DNA from: a virus | IMG/VR virus record: IMGVR_UViG_3300021091_000014 | Location: 1 to 64,000 of that record | Length of the DNA stretch: 64,000 nt | Direction: 5' to 3' (one strand) | Shown: positions 39,298 to 49,260 of the stretch, one piece after another | How the letters are laid out: every line of letters starts with the position of its first letter | Numbering within the stretch: position 1 is the first letter of the stretch | The notes under the pieces: generated by a model | The model's input: the letters and a program-made list of their open reading frames with translations, nothing else | What the model was told of the DNA's origin: nothing | Database searches by the model: none | Position numbers and translations under genes: made by a program

Positions 39298-41495
39298 TGC
39301 CATCACCATTAACCACTATTCCAGCTACCGGGCTTGAGGCTAATCTTGTAAGTACAATTACCCAGGGTGTTGGTCCAAAGATTACAACCATAACATATGC
39401 CGGTGATGATACAGCTGCACTACCGGCTGGTGGTCAAACTATAACTATAAACGGTTCAGGATTTAAAAATACAAGTACTGTTTATATTGATGGTGCTGTT
39501 GTTGGAGTAGTTTCTTTTATTGATGCAAACACATTAACGTTTGTAGCACCAGCGAAAGCAGCATCTAATTATTCACTGTATGTTGTTAATGTCGATGGTG
39601 CAACAGCAATCTCTGTCCCCGGCATCACTTATTCTAATGCTCCTGTCTGGTCTACTTCTTCTGGTTCTGTTGGATCCCCGTACGAAGCAAATACATTTAA
39701 CGTAAGCCTTTCGGCTACTGGTGATGGCTCTGTTACGTATGCGATGGCCGCTGGTAACTCGCTGCCCTCCGGGCTTACCCTTGCATCTAATGGATATATT
39801 TCAGGTACAGTGCCTGCTACAGATCCTACTACTACGTATACATTTTATGTAGATGCGATAGATTCACAAAATCAAGAGACTACAAGATCATTTAGTATCA
39901 CTTATAATAAGGACGCAGTTACTTGGTCATCACCAGCAAACGGTACTGCTTATTCTCTTTTTACTGGCACAGCTAATACAATCTCTCTTTCTGCAACCAG
40001 TGCATCAGGTAGAGGAATAACCTACTCAGTTCAATCAGGCTCTCTTCCAGCTAACTTAAGCATTTCGGGCAGTTCTATTACGGGAACGCCTAATACTGCT
40101 CAGGTTAATACTTCCGTTACGATTAGAGCTACAGTGGCTGCCGCTAGCAGGGTGGCCGATCTCGTACTTTATTTTCTTACACAAGCTGATCCACAGCGTT
40201 TCTCTAATTTTAATATTAGTGATAGTAATGCTCAGATTCAAGCCGGTGAGTTTGAAGTAGACTCAGGAGTTAATTTCTGCTATGGTGCTCTGCGTTACGG
40301 TTCAAACCGCTCATTAGCTATTTTTAAATATAATTTAGATACACAATCAGTGGTTTGGGCAAAAGATATAAATGTATCTGGATTGCTTTCTTATTATACT
40401 GGGAGTATGAGTATAGGTAATGGAAAGTTGTTTATTCCAATAGGTGTTGATTCCCCTGAATATAACATTATAATGTTAGCTCTTTTGACAAGTGATGGTA
40501 ATATAGTGTGGAAAAAATTGTATGATTCAGAGGATTATAGTGTCTCAGGATCCACAGATGCTCCTTCATCCTATCAAAAATCTGTTATTTTTAATTCAAA
40601 TTCTAATACAGTTTGGTTTGCTCAAAATGGCGGTAATGATGCAGGCTGGTTGGTTTTAAACGAGTCAACGGGTAGTCTGGCGTCCCCACAATATGCCTTT
40701 TACAGTACTTTTTCAGGAGGAACAAATGCTGATATTTATGGGGGATTTATATCCGGAAACACTATAACAAGCTACCATAACCCTAACGCCGGTGATCCTG
40801 CTTACGTAATAGCAAACACCAGTTGGGCGACGTCTCCAACAGCAAGAAGATTAACATATAGTGGATCACTTTATCACGAATCTGCATTTCTTAATAATAA
40901 TGGCGATTTTGTCGGAGTAGTTATAAAATATTCAAACGGTCCTATATTAAATTCTGCTAGTCAAAAAGAGTACTGTATTACCACTCCTACAGGTAGTAAT
41001 ACATTCTGGTTTACCCCTGCAGTTGCTAATGGTAAAAGTTATAGCTTTGTACGGCGAGTAGTGGATTATGATGGTAGTTATTATGTATTTGGATCCCATG
41101 ATTTTGGAGGATCGGCCGAATACAAAAATTCACCTTTTTTAATAAAATTTACTAATAAAACCGTAAGTTGGGCTGTAAGATTCAGACAGGATAATAATAT
41201 TCCAGAAATATATCCTACAGTAGCAGCTGCTACTGTATCAGGTAACAAATGCTATTTTTCTTTCTATCAAAATATCTTTACCTACCCCACAGCAGGGGGC
41301 ATAACCGGTACTTTAACTGCAGGAGGAATAACTTATACAATAGAAAATATAACAATCAGTACATCTAATGCTGAAGTTACATCTAGCTCTATTGGTGCCG
41401 GGCTCTATACAGATTCAGGTGGTAAGACTTTTAGTGATGCGTCTGGGCTTTCCATATCCAATAAAAACATAACACTTACTTCTAACACATATTAG
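39297..41495 (+). CDS. virion adhesin: IPT/TIG + Ig repeats + beta-propeller-like C-terminus
   Basis: N-terminal ~295 aa paralogous to the 37510 ORF. Confidence 0.75.
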   Translation: MPSPLTTIPATGLEANLVSTITQGVGPKITTITYAGDDTAALPAGGQTITINGSGFKNTSTVYIDGAVVGVVSFIDANTLTFVAPAKAASNYSLYVVNVDGATAISVPGITYSNAPVWSTSSGSVGSPYEANTFNVSLSATGDGSVTYAMAAGNSLPSGLTLASNGYISGTVPATDPTTTYTFYVDAIDSQNQETTRSFSITYNKDAVTWSSPANGTAYSLFTGTANTISLSATSASGRGITYSVQSGSLPANLSISGSSITGTPNTAQVNTSVTIRATVAAASRVADLVLYFLTQADPQRFSNFNISDSNAQIQAGEFEVDSGVNFCYGALRYGSNRSLAIFKYNLDTQSVVWAKDINVSGLLSYYTGSMSIGNGKLFIPIGVDSPEYNIIMLALLTSDGNIVWKKLYDSEDYSVSGSTDAPSSYQKSVIFNSNSNTVWFAQNGGNDAGWLVLNESTGSLASPQYAFYSTFSGGTNADIYGGFISGNTITSYHNPNAGDPAYVIANTSWATSPTARRLTYSGSLYHESAFLNNNGDFVGVVIKYSNGPILNSASQKEYCITTPTGSNTFWFTPAVANGKSYSFVRRVVDYDGSYYVFGSHDFGGSAEYKNSPFLIKFTNKTVSWAVRFRQDNNIPEIYPTVAAATVSGNKCYFSFYQNIFTYPTAGGITGTLTAGGITYTIENITISTSNAEVTSSSIGAGLYTDSGGKTFSDASGLSISNKNITLTSNTY

Positions 41496-41524
41496 TTGCC
41501 TTTAGCTGTACTTTTTTATATAAT
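41496..41524 (+). promoter_or_regulatory. early promoter TTGCCT-17-TATAAT
   Basis: Opens the replication gene block. Confidence 0.7.
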
Positions 41525-41564
41525 CACTCTGTGGTACGGTTAAACTAGATCATTACTATACATA

Positions 41565-42554
41565 ATGTTATTCATTGAACACAAATATATTTCTTTGCTG
41601 TCAAACCGTTTACAGCGGTTTACCAAGCTGAACGAAAAGTCCTATAACTTCCGGTGTCCTATATGTGGTGATTCTCAAAAGAACACATATAAAGCCCGGG
41701 GGTATCTCTATCAGAAGAAAGACAAGTTTTTATTCTTCTGTCACAATTGCGGTGCATCGATGTTGTTTGGAAACTTTCTAAAACAGATCGATCCTAATCT
41801 TCATAACGAATACGTTCAAGAACAGTTTCTTAACAAGGAACGACCAGCTAATACCGAACCAGATATTACTAAGATACATCATCCTAAGTTTCGTATTGAT
41901 TCTCCTCTTAAGTTTCTTAAGAAGGTTAGTCAGTTAACACCGGACCACCCGGTTAAACAGTACGTAATGAAGCGGAGAATTCCTCCGATCTACCATCATA
42001 AACTATGCTATGCACCGAAGTTCAAACAGTGGATTAATAGTGTTCTGCCTGGAAAATTCAATGGAGACGCTGTTGACGAACCACGTCTGGTGATACCATT
42101 CATTGACAAAGAGAGTAACTGTTTTGGCATTCAGGGTCGGGCGTTTAACCCTAATTCTATTCGCTATATCACCATAATGTTTGATGAAGATAAACCTAAA
42201 GTGTTCGGATTAGATACGGTTGATTTTAGTCAGGAAGTATTTGTGCTAGAAGGACCGATCGACTCAATGTTTATACCTAACGCCATTGCTATGGCCGGCG
42301 CCGATCTTACATTACAAACTAATTCTAAACTGACATTTATTTTTGATAACGAACCTCGTAATAAACAAATTGTGTCTCGAATGGAGAAAGCAATTAATAA
42401 AGGCTATAATATTGTCATATGGCCAGATGATGTAATGGCTAAAGACATAAATGATATGGTTCTGATTGGACTTGATCCAATGAAAATAATTAATAAAAAT
42501 ATTTTTTCTGGATTGGGTGCTAGAGCCCGTCTCTCACAGTGGAGTAAAGCATAG
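41565..42554 (+). CDS. 61: DNA primase (T4 gp61)
   Basis: FRCPICGDS...KARG...CHNC zinc finger; EGPIDS, DNEPRN, KDINDM. Confidence 0.95.
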   Translation: MLFIEHKYISLLSNRLQRFTKLNEKSYNFRCPICGDSQKNTYKARGYLYQKKDKFLFFCHNCGASMLFGNFLKQIDPNLHNEYVQEQFLNKERPANTEPDITKIHHPKFRIDSPLKFLKKVSQLTPDHPVKQYVMKRRIPPIYHHKLCYAPKFKQWINSVLPGKFNGDAVDEPRLVIPFIDKESNCFGIQGRAFNPNSIRYITIMFDEDKPKVFGLDTVDFSQEVFVLEGPIDSMFIPNAIAMAGADLTLQTNSKLTFIFDNEPRNKQIVSRMEKAINKGYNIVIWPDDVMAKDINDMVLIGLDPMKIINKNIFSGLGARARLSQWSKA

Positions 42555-42561
42555 ATATATT

Positions 42562-43251
42562 ATGAACGTGAAAATTGTTAGTTATTCTAAACCCGAAAGG
42601 TGGCTTGCTGATGAAGGTCTATACGACGCACAAGACCTGGTCGCGTTCTGCGCCAGAGTTTCCAATCCAACCAATCAGTTCAATACCGAGACTTCTGAAA
42701 AGCTCATCCGATACCTTGTCAGAAACAGACATTGGTCACCCCTTGAAATGGTTTCACTCTGCTTGGAAATTGAAACCACAAGAGACATTGCAAGACAACT
42801 CCTACGTCATAGATCATTTTCCTTTCAAGAGTTCTCCCAACGATATAGTGACCCAGTTAAAGAACTCAATTTCGTTCTTAGAGAGTGTCGGTTACAAGAC
42901 CCAACTAATAGACAAAACTCCGTTGAGTTAAAATACGGAGACGATGATCATAGGAGGCTGGCCTATCAATGGGAACTAATACAGAAAAAAGTAATTGATG
43001 AGGCTAAAAATGCCTACCTTTGGGCCATAGAAAAAGGTATTGCCAAAGAGCAAGCCCGGAGTGTATTACCAGAAGGAAATACTGTTTCAAAGCTGTATTG
43101 CAACGGTTCTCTGAGATCTTGGGTGCACTATATACAACTACGATCCTCCAACGGAACGCAAAAAGAACATATCGAAGTGGCTAAAGCATGCGCCAAAGTG
43201 ATCAGTGATGTGTTCCCACTCATTCAAGACTTTGTAGAAAAAAATAACTAG
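42562..43251 (+). CDS. thyX: FAD-dependent thymidylate synthase
   Basis: HWSPLE, RQLLRHRSFSFQEFSQRY. Confidence 0.95.
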   Translation: MNVKIVSYSKPERWLADEGLYDAQDLVAFCARVSNPTNQFNTETSEKLIRYLVRNRHWSPLEMVSLCLEIETTRDIARQLLRHRSFSFQEFSQRYSDPVKELNFVLRECRLQDPTNRQNSVELKYGDDDHRRLAYQWELIQKKVIDEAKNAYLWAIEKGIAKEQARSVLPEGNTVSKLYCNGSLRSWVHYIQLRSSNGTQKEHIEVAKACAKVISDVFPLIQDFVEKNN

Positions 43252-43260
43252 AGGCAGTGT

Positions 43261-45057
43261 ATGTCTGATTTGATTCACGGCATTAAGGTAGACTATTCTC
43301 GAGACTCTCTTTTTGACGAGTTAGGTATTAAGAGACTTAGAGAAAGCTACATGAAGGAAGAAGAACAATCACCACAAGAGAGGTTTGCTTATGTATCTAA
43401 AGCTTTTAGCTCGAACGAAGCACATGCGCAAAGGTTATATGAGTATTCTTCTAGACATTGGCTTTCTTATAGTACTCCCATTTTATCTTTTGGTAGGAGT
43501 AAGCGTGGTCTTCCTATATCATGCTTTCTCCCTTACTTGGACGACTCTGCGGAAGGGCTTGTCGATTGTTTATCGGAAGTTAATTGGTTATCGATGCTAG
43601 GAGGAGGTGTAGGAATTGGGATTGGAATTCGTTCAGCTGATGACAAGTCTGTCGGCGTTATGCCTCACCTTCGTACTTACGATGCTTCTAGTTTGGCTTA
43701 CAGGCAAGGCCGCACCAGACGTGGCAGTTATGCTGCTTATCTTGACATTAGTCACCCTGACATTCTCATATTTTTGGAAATGAGAAAACCAACAGGTGAT
43801 CCTAATATGAGGACACTTAACTTACATCACGGTATTAATGTTACTGATGACTTTATGGAGTTGATTGAGAAGTGTATGCAAGACCCTCACATTGATGATA
43901 CCTGGGAATTAAAAGACCCACACAATGGAGATGTAAGAGACAAGGTATCGGCTAGAGAGTTATGGCAAAGAATTTTAGAAATAAGAATGCAGACCGGTGA
44001 GCCGTACTTACACTTCATTGATACATCAAATAGAAATATGCCAGAGTTTCAAAAGAAACTTGGACTTAAAATAAGACAATCAAATTTATGTTCAGAAATT
44101 ATTTTACCTACAGATAAAGAGAGAACAGCTGTGTGCTGTCTATCTTCTCTTAACCTTGAATACTATGATGAGTGGAGAAAAGATGATAAGTTTCTTAAAG
44201 ACGTGGCTGAAATGCTCGACAATGTTCTTCAATATTTTATTGATAATGCTCCTGATGCTATTAGTAGGGCTCGCTACTCAGCTACCCGTGAGCGTTCTAT
44301 TGGTGTTGGTGCTCTTGGCTGGCATGCTTTATTGCAGCGTAGCAGTATACCCTGGGAGTCTGCACTGGCTACAAGCCTTAATCACAAAGTTTTCAAGCAC
44401 GTTAAAAAGGGACTAGATGCGGCTAATAAAGAACTTGGCACTGAGCGTGGAGAGGCTCCTGACGCTAAAGGTACCGGTCTACGCTTCAGTCATATGTTGG
44501 CTATTGCTCCTAATGCTTCTTCATCCATCATCATGGGTAATACTTCTCCTTCTATTGAGCCTTTTCGGGCTAATGCTTATAGACAGGACACCCTAAGTGG
44601 ATCATCCTTGAATAAGAATCGATATTTGGATAAAATTATAAAAGAAGAGTCTAAAAATCATAAGGAGGGCTGGTATGAAGAAGTATGGTCCAGTATTATT
44701 GCTAACGACGGATCAGTTCAACACCTGGAATTCCTCGATGATTGGCAAAAAGACATTTTTAAAACGAGTATGGAGATTGACCAACGATGGGTTGTGGAGC
44801 ACGCAGCTGACAGACAAAATTACATTGACCAAGCGCAATCCGTTAACCTCTTTTTTAGACCGGATGTAAATATTAAATATCTACATGCTGTACATTTTCA
44901 AGCCTGGAAACAAGGACTTAAAACATTATATTATTGTAGAAGTGAAAAGTTAGCTAAAGCTGATAAAGTAGCCAAGAAGATAGAACGAGAAGTAATTAAA
45001 GAAATTGATCTCAAAGCACTCACAGAAGGTGATGCATGTCTTGCTTGTGAGGGATAA
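43261..45057 (+). CDS. nrdA: ribonucleotide reductase class Ia alpha subunit (no ATP cone)
   Basis: PISCF, SNLCSEI, APNASSS, KTLYYCR, C-terminal CLAC. Confidence 0.95.
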   Translation: MSDLIHGIKVDYSRDSLFDELGIKRLRESYMKEEEQSPQERFAYVSKAFSSNEAHAQRLYEYSSRHWLSYSTPILSFGRSKRGLPISCFLPYLDDSAEGLVDCLSEVNWLSMLGGGVGIGIGIRSADDKSVGVMPHLRTYDASSLAYRQGRTRRGSYAAYLDISHPDILIFLEMRKPTGDPNMRTLNLHHGINVTDDFMELIEKCMQDPHIDDTWELKDPHNGDVRDKVSARELWQRILEIRMQTGEPYLHFIDTSNRNMPEFQKKLGLKIRQSNLCSEIILPTDKERTAVCCLSSLNLEYYDEWRKDDKFLKDVAEMLDNVLQYFIDNAPDAISRARYSATRERSIGVGALGWHALLQRSSIPWESALATSLNHKVFKHVKKGLDAANKELGTERGEAPDAKGTGLRFSHMLAIAPNASSSIIMGNTSPSIEPFRANAYRQDTLSGSSLNKNRYLDKIIKEESKNHKEGWYEEVWSSIIANDGSVQHLEFLDDWQKDIFKTSMEIDQRWVVEHAADRQNYIDQAQSVNLFFRPDVNIKYLHAVHFQAWKQGLKTLYYCRSEKLAKADKVAKKIEREVIKEIDLKALTEGDACLACEG

Positions 45058-45058
45058 A

Positions 45059-45556
45059 ATGATTATACCTGATACATGGAATAATTTAGATGCATTTGTT
45101 GACTGGTACATTAATAATGGATTTCCAAGAAAATCACCCACCCCGTCCGAAGTTTATTTTACTGATGTAGGCACTAGCGTTATTATTTTCAGACACGACC
45201 ACTATCAAGCAGAATTTTATATCGGTAGTCCTTACTTTAATACTTCAAAGCATTACCACCCTTTTGAGCAAACAATTATTGTTGTAGGTGGTAATGGAAA
45301 AGGAAGGCGTGGAGATAGCTTAGAAGAAGAACCCGTCTGGAGTAATATTGATCACAATCAACATAATGTACGTACCGAAGTTCTTCGTTATGATCAATGG
45401 CATCAATTATCATCTTATAATAAAGGTATGTACTTTTTTAATTTACAGCGCTGGCCAGATAAAACAAAAATGTCAAGTGCAATTATAGGATATGAAGGGG
45501 ATAGTTTAGGACCTGTACATGATGAGCTGATGAAAGATTTTAATAAAAAACAATAA
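45059..45556 (+). CDS. hypothetical (cupin-like) protein between nrdA and nrdB
   Basis: KHYHPFEQ...WHQL. Confidence 0.6.
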   Translation: MIIPDTWNNLDAFVDWYINNGFPRKSPTPSEVYFTDVGTSVIIFRHDHYQAEFYIGSPYFNTSKHYHPFEQTIIVVGGNGKGRRGDSLEEEPVWSNIDHNQHNVRTEVLRYDQWHQLSSYNKGMYFFNLQRWPDKTKMSSAIIGYEGDSLGPVHDELMKDFNKKQ

Positions 45557-45568
45557 CAAATTAAGGGA

Positions 45569-46564
45569 ATGCAGATGAAAAAAATAGATTTAAATCTTTC
45601 AGAAAACAGAGATCATTTTAAACCATTTTATTACCCATGGGCGTATGAGGCATGGCTAAAGCACGAACAATCACACTGGCTTCATACTGAAGTGCCGATG
45701 CTCGAAGATGTAAAAGACTGGAATAAAAAATTAACACAGTCAGAAAAAACTTTTCTTACTAATATTTTTAGATTTTTTACACAGGGTGATATTGATGTTG
45801 CTGGAGGGTACGTTAAGAATTATTTACCTTATTTTCCTCAACCAGAAGTAAGAATGATGCTTTTAGGTTTTGCCGCAAGAGAGGCACTACACGTTGCAGC
45901 ATACTCCCATCTTATTGAGACTCTTGGATTACCAGAAACAATGTATAATGAATTTTTAGAGTATCAAGAAATGAGAGAAAAACATGAATATGTAATGGAT
46001 ATATCGGCTAAGAATTCGACTAAAGAAAATACTGCAACACATATTGCAGTATTCTCAGCCTTTACGGAAGGCATGCAACTTTTCTCTTCATTTATTATGC
46101 TACTTAATTTTCCAAGGCACGGCAAAATGAAAGGTATGGGTCAAATAATTACTTGGTCTATTGTTGATGAGACAATGCATACAGAGAATATGCTCAAGTT
46201 ATTTAAAACTTTTATTAATGAAAATCCAGAAGTATGGAATGATAGTCTTAAGTCTAAAATTTACACCATTGCAGAGAAAATGGTTGAGCTGGAAGATAAG
46301 TTTATTGATCTTGCATTTAAGTTAGGACCAATGGAAAATTTAACACCTGAGCAAGTTAAACAATATATTAGATATATTGCGGATAGAAGACTTATTTCGA
46401 TGGGTATGAAAGGTATTTTTAAAGTAAAACGTAACCCACTATTGTGGGTTGAAGAAATGATTAACGCCCCTATACATGGAAACTTTTTTGAAAATCGAGT
46501 TACTGATTATGCAAAAGGAGCTTTATCCGGTAGATGGGACGATGTATGGGGGAAGGCAGCATAA
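45569..46564 (+). CDS. nrdB: ribonucleotide reductase class Ia beta subunit
   Basis: FFTQGD, EALH..AY, EGMQLFSSF, DETMH, NFFE. Confidence 0.95.
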   Translation: MQMKKIDLNLSENRDHFKPFYYPWAYEAWLKHEQSHWLHTEVPMLEDVKDWNKKLTQSEKTFLTNIFRFFTQGDIDVAGGYVKNYLPYFPQPEVRMMLLGFAAREALHVAAYSHLIETLGLPETMYNEFLEYQEMREKHEYVMDISAKNSTKENTATHIAVFSAFTEGMQLFSSFIMLLNFPRHGKMKGMGQIITWSIVDETMHTENMLKLFKTFINENPEVWNDSLKSKIYTIAEKMVELEDKFIDLAFKLGPMENLTPEQVKQYIRYIADRRLISMGMKGIFKVKRNPLLWVEEMINAPIHGNFFENRVTDYAKGALSGRWDDVWGKAA

Positions 46565-46625
46565 TGTACGAAAAATTAGCACAAGAAATACAAAAAGCAT
46601 GGGCAGAAGAAGGTCAGTTTCATTA

Positions 46626-47126
46626 ATGAAAGAAAAGTTTGTTAAGTTTTTTATGAGGGTAGCAGAAGAAACAGCTACCCTTTCTTATGCAACCAGACTT
46701 AAAGTAGGCGCAGTAATAGTAAAAGATAAAAATATTATTTCTTTTGGATACAATGGTACACCAGAAGGAATGGATAACAGTTGTGAAAGTATTGACTTTA
46801 TTGCAGATAATACCGAGCTGGTTTATGATGAAATGGTCAGTCAAGGTTATACTTTTGGAGCATATAAAGACACAGCAGGGTGGGTAAAGTCAAAAACTAA
46901 ACCAGAAGTAATTCATGCTGAAGCTAATGCAATTACTAAACTAGCAAGGCAAGGAGGCTCAGGAGAAGGTTCTACTCTTTTTCTTACTCATGCTCCTTGT
47001 ATTGAGTGTTCTAAAATGATTATACAAGCAGGAATAAAAACTGTTTACTGGAAAATACCTTATAGAGAGTCCTCCGGGTTAGATTTGCTACATAAGGCAG
47101 GTGTAACTATTTTTAAGACGGAGTAA
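46626..47126 (+). CDS. cd: dCMP deaminase
   Basis: VGAVIV, GYNG, HAEANAI, PCIECSK. Confidence 0.92.
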   Translation: MKEKFVKFFMRVAEETATLSYATRLKVGAVIVKDKNIISFGYNGTPEGMDNSCESIDFIADNTELVYDEMVSQGYTFGAYKDTAGWVKSKTKPEVIHAEANAITKLARQGGSGEGSTLFLTHAPCIECSKMIIQAGIKTVYWKIPYRESSGLDLLHKAGVTIFKTE

Positions 47127-47128
47127 AT

Positions 47129-47308
47129 ATGTCAGATAAAGATAATTTAAATTGTTACGAATGCGGAGCTGAATTTCTAGTTCAGCCGGCATTTGATATT
47201 GAAGAACCAATTTCGTTTTGTCCTTATTGCGGTAGTGAGATAGAGCACGAAGAAGTTGATGATGACCTCGACGGCGATATGGATGACGATGAAGATTATA
47301 GGTATTGA
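47129..47308 (+). CDS. acidic zinc-ribbon protein, not in ORF track
   Basis: 59 aa; CYEC...CPYC, D/E-rich tail; GGAG SD. Confidence 0.7.
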   Translation: MSDKDNLNCYECGAEFLVQPAFDIEEPISFCPYCGSEIEHEEVDDDLDGDMDDDEDYRY

Positions 47309-47837
47309 TTTATCCCTTACAAGCCCAGCTTGTTGTTTCTTTGAGGGTGATGAACTTAATGTAAATGGATGTAAATTTTTTTACCTTACTAATAATAAAA
47401 AATTAGAAGGTAATATCACACCATTTAACGGCACCATGATACAAGAGTATAATAATGATATCGAAAGATATTATAATATTACTAAATGGATAGTTCACAT
47501 CATATACGAAGAAAGCCCTGAGCATATTTTTATTGAGGACTACTCTTTTTCATCAACTGGTAGAGTTTTTAATATAGCTGAGAACTGCGGTATACTAAAA
47601 TTTACGTTATGGAAATCAGGCATAACTTATACTACCATACCTCCTACTGTGGTTAAAAAACAAGCTACTGGAAAAGGTAACTCTAATAAGGCTGCAATGG
47701 AAATTGCATTCCGTAACGAAACTGGATATGATATTAGAAAAATGTTAAAATTATCTAATTCCGCATCTAACCCCGTATCAGATATTATCGATAGTTATTA
47801 TGTTTGTAAAGCAGGCTTACACTATGAGAAAACCTAA
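47289..47837 (+). CDS. RuvC-like Holliday junction resolvase
   Basis: IGIDLS, IEDY, PTVVKK.ATGKGN..K, DIIDSY. Confidence 0.8.
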   Translation: MKIIGIDLSLTSPACCFFEGDELNVNGCKFFYLTNNKKLEGNITPFNGTMIQEYNNDIERYYNITKWIVHIIYEESPEHIFIEDYSFSSTGRVFNIAENCGILKFTLWKSGITYTTIPPTVVKKQATGKGNSNKAAMEIAFRNETGYDIRKMLKLSNSASNPVSDIIDSYYVCKAGLHYEKT

Positions 47838-48015
47838 ACGACCGCAGTTCCTAATTAAGAGAGGTTTAAAATTTAAAAACCGTCTTAATGGGGAGCTTAT
47901 CTTAGGTGACCTTATCAATGAAGAAGATATTGATGGTAAATCCTATTTCGTTATACGCAACGAAAAAGGTAATGTGATTAAATTAACTAAGGAGGCGTAC
48001 TCGCTACAAAAATGA
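47824..48015 (+). CDS. hypothetical protein
   Basis: 63-aa ORF. Confidence 0.55.
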   Translation: MRKPKRPQFLIKRGLKFKNRLNGELILGDLINEEDIDGKSYFVIRNEKGNVIKLTKEAYSLQK

Positions 48016-48191
48016 AATCAACTAGTACCTTTAAAATGAACAAAACTACAAAAAGAATGCTTTCGCTTTTTCCTTTTCCTGATCAAAAAAGCTTAATGCA
48101 CTTTCGTAAACACATGATCATGTCTCAACTTATTTCCGAACAAGCCCAGCGCACAGTACAGAAAAATTCTAAAGACACTGACCAGGCTTGA
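48012..48191 (+). CDS. small hypothetical protein, not in ORF track
   Basis: 59 aa MKSTSTFKMNKTTKRML; AGGAGG upstream. Confidence 0.55.
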   Translation: MKSTSTFKMNKTTKRMLSLFPFPDQKSLMHFRKHMIMSQLISEQAQRTVQKNSKDTDQA

Positions 48192-48245
48192 TTTTTTTTG
48201 AAGTAAATATTATATTGTATAGGCCAGTTAGGCATTTAATTTAAC

Positions 48246-48518
48246 ATGAAAGGAAATAATATGTTTACTCAGAAGCAAAAACTCCGTAAAGCTTTTTTCG
48301 AAGGCCGTGAAATGTCCTCCAAGCAAATTACCGCTCAATTTGGCATTGCGTCTCCCTCGAAAGTAGTTTCTACTCTTCGTATGGAAGATGGTCTTCCCAT
48401 TTACAATAACCGTCATGTAGATACTAAAGGCCGTGTTGTTAACAAGTACCGCCTTGGTACACCTTCACGTAAAGTGATTGCAGCCGGTTATCGTGCCCTT
48501 GCTGCTGGTTTGGTTTAA
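48246..48518 (+). CDS. winged-HTH-like early protein
   Basis: Promoter TTGATT-17-TATATT at 48188-48216; QITAQFGI.SP..VS.LR...YRLG. Confidence 0.65.
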   Translation: MKGNNMFTQKQKLRKAFFEGREMSSKQITAQFGIASPSKVVSTLRMEDGLPIYNNRHVDTKGRVVNKYRLGTPSRKVIAAGYRALAAGLV

Positions 48519-48537
48519 TTTGTAAAGGTGTAACAGA

Positions 48538-48561
48538 AGAGGGGCAAACGCCCCTCTCTTT
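48538..48561 (+). terminator. hairpin AGAGGGGC-AAAC-GCCCCTCT
   Basis: Stem-loop plus U residues. Confidence 0.65.
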
Positions 48562-48577
48562 GTTTATGGAGAATTAA

Positions 48578-48847
48578 ATGGTAAGTAAAGTAGATAATAT
48601 CGAGGGTCGAAAGTGGCTTGTGGACATGCTTAAAGCTGGCCCTGCAAGAGTAATATTTACAAAAAAAGACGGTACTGAACGTATTATGAACTGTACTCTT
48701 AATTCAGGCCTTACTGAAGATTTTGAAAAAAAGACTGATCGAGTCAAAGAACCAAATCCTGAGGTATGCCCGGTATATGATTTAGATGCTAAAGGTTGGA
48801 GATCATTTCGATTTGATAGTGTTAAAGCAGTAGAGTTTGATTTATGA
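48578..48847 (+). CDS. SH3/Sm-like beta-barrel (WYL_2-like) protein
   Basis: FTKKDGTER.M.CTL...D....WRSFR.D. Confidence 0.75.
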   Translation: MVSKVDNIEGRKWLVDMLKAGPARVIFTKKDGTERIMNCTLNSGLTEDFEKKTDRVKEPNPEVCPVYDLDAKGWRSFRFDSVKAVEFDL

Positions 48848-49260
48848 AAGTAGGAATAACATTTGGTGCGTTTGACTTGTGTCATGCCGGACACAATCTT
48901 ATGTTTGGAGAATGTAAACAGAATTGTGACTATTTAATTGTAGGCCTTCAAGCTGATCCTTCAATTGAAAGAAAAGAAAAGAATAAACCTGTACAGAGCC
49001 TGTTTGAACGCTACGTGCAACTTAATTCATGCAGATACATAAGCGAGGTTATACCTTATGTGTACGAAGCAGAGATCGAAGAAATACTAAGGTCGATTAA
49101 ACCTAATGTTAGGTTTGTAGGTGCTGATTATATTGGTCGTGATTTTACCGCTAAACAATACTGCCTAGATAATAATATAGAATTATACTTTAATAATCGT
49201 GATCACGGATTTAGTACGACTGAGTTGAGGAAACGAATTGAGACTGCTTATAACCGGTAG
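48844..49260 (+). CDS. TagD/RfaE-II-like cytidylyl/adenylyltransferase
   Basis: GAFDLCHAGH, LIVGL, ER, G.DY, STTELR. Confidence 0.85.
   Translation: MKVGITFGAFDLCHAGHNLMFGECKQNCDYLIVGLQADPSIERKEKNKPVQSLFERYVQLNSCRYISEVIPYVYEAEIEEILRSIKPNVRFVGADYIGRDFTAKQYCLDNNIELYFNNRDHGFSTTELRKRIETAYNR

Noticed and set aside
43261-46564. Introns or inteins in nrdA/nrdB
   Set aside because: Both frames are continuous, with no insertion or splice motifs.
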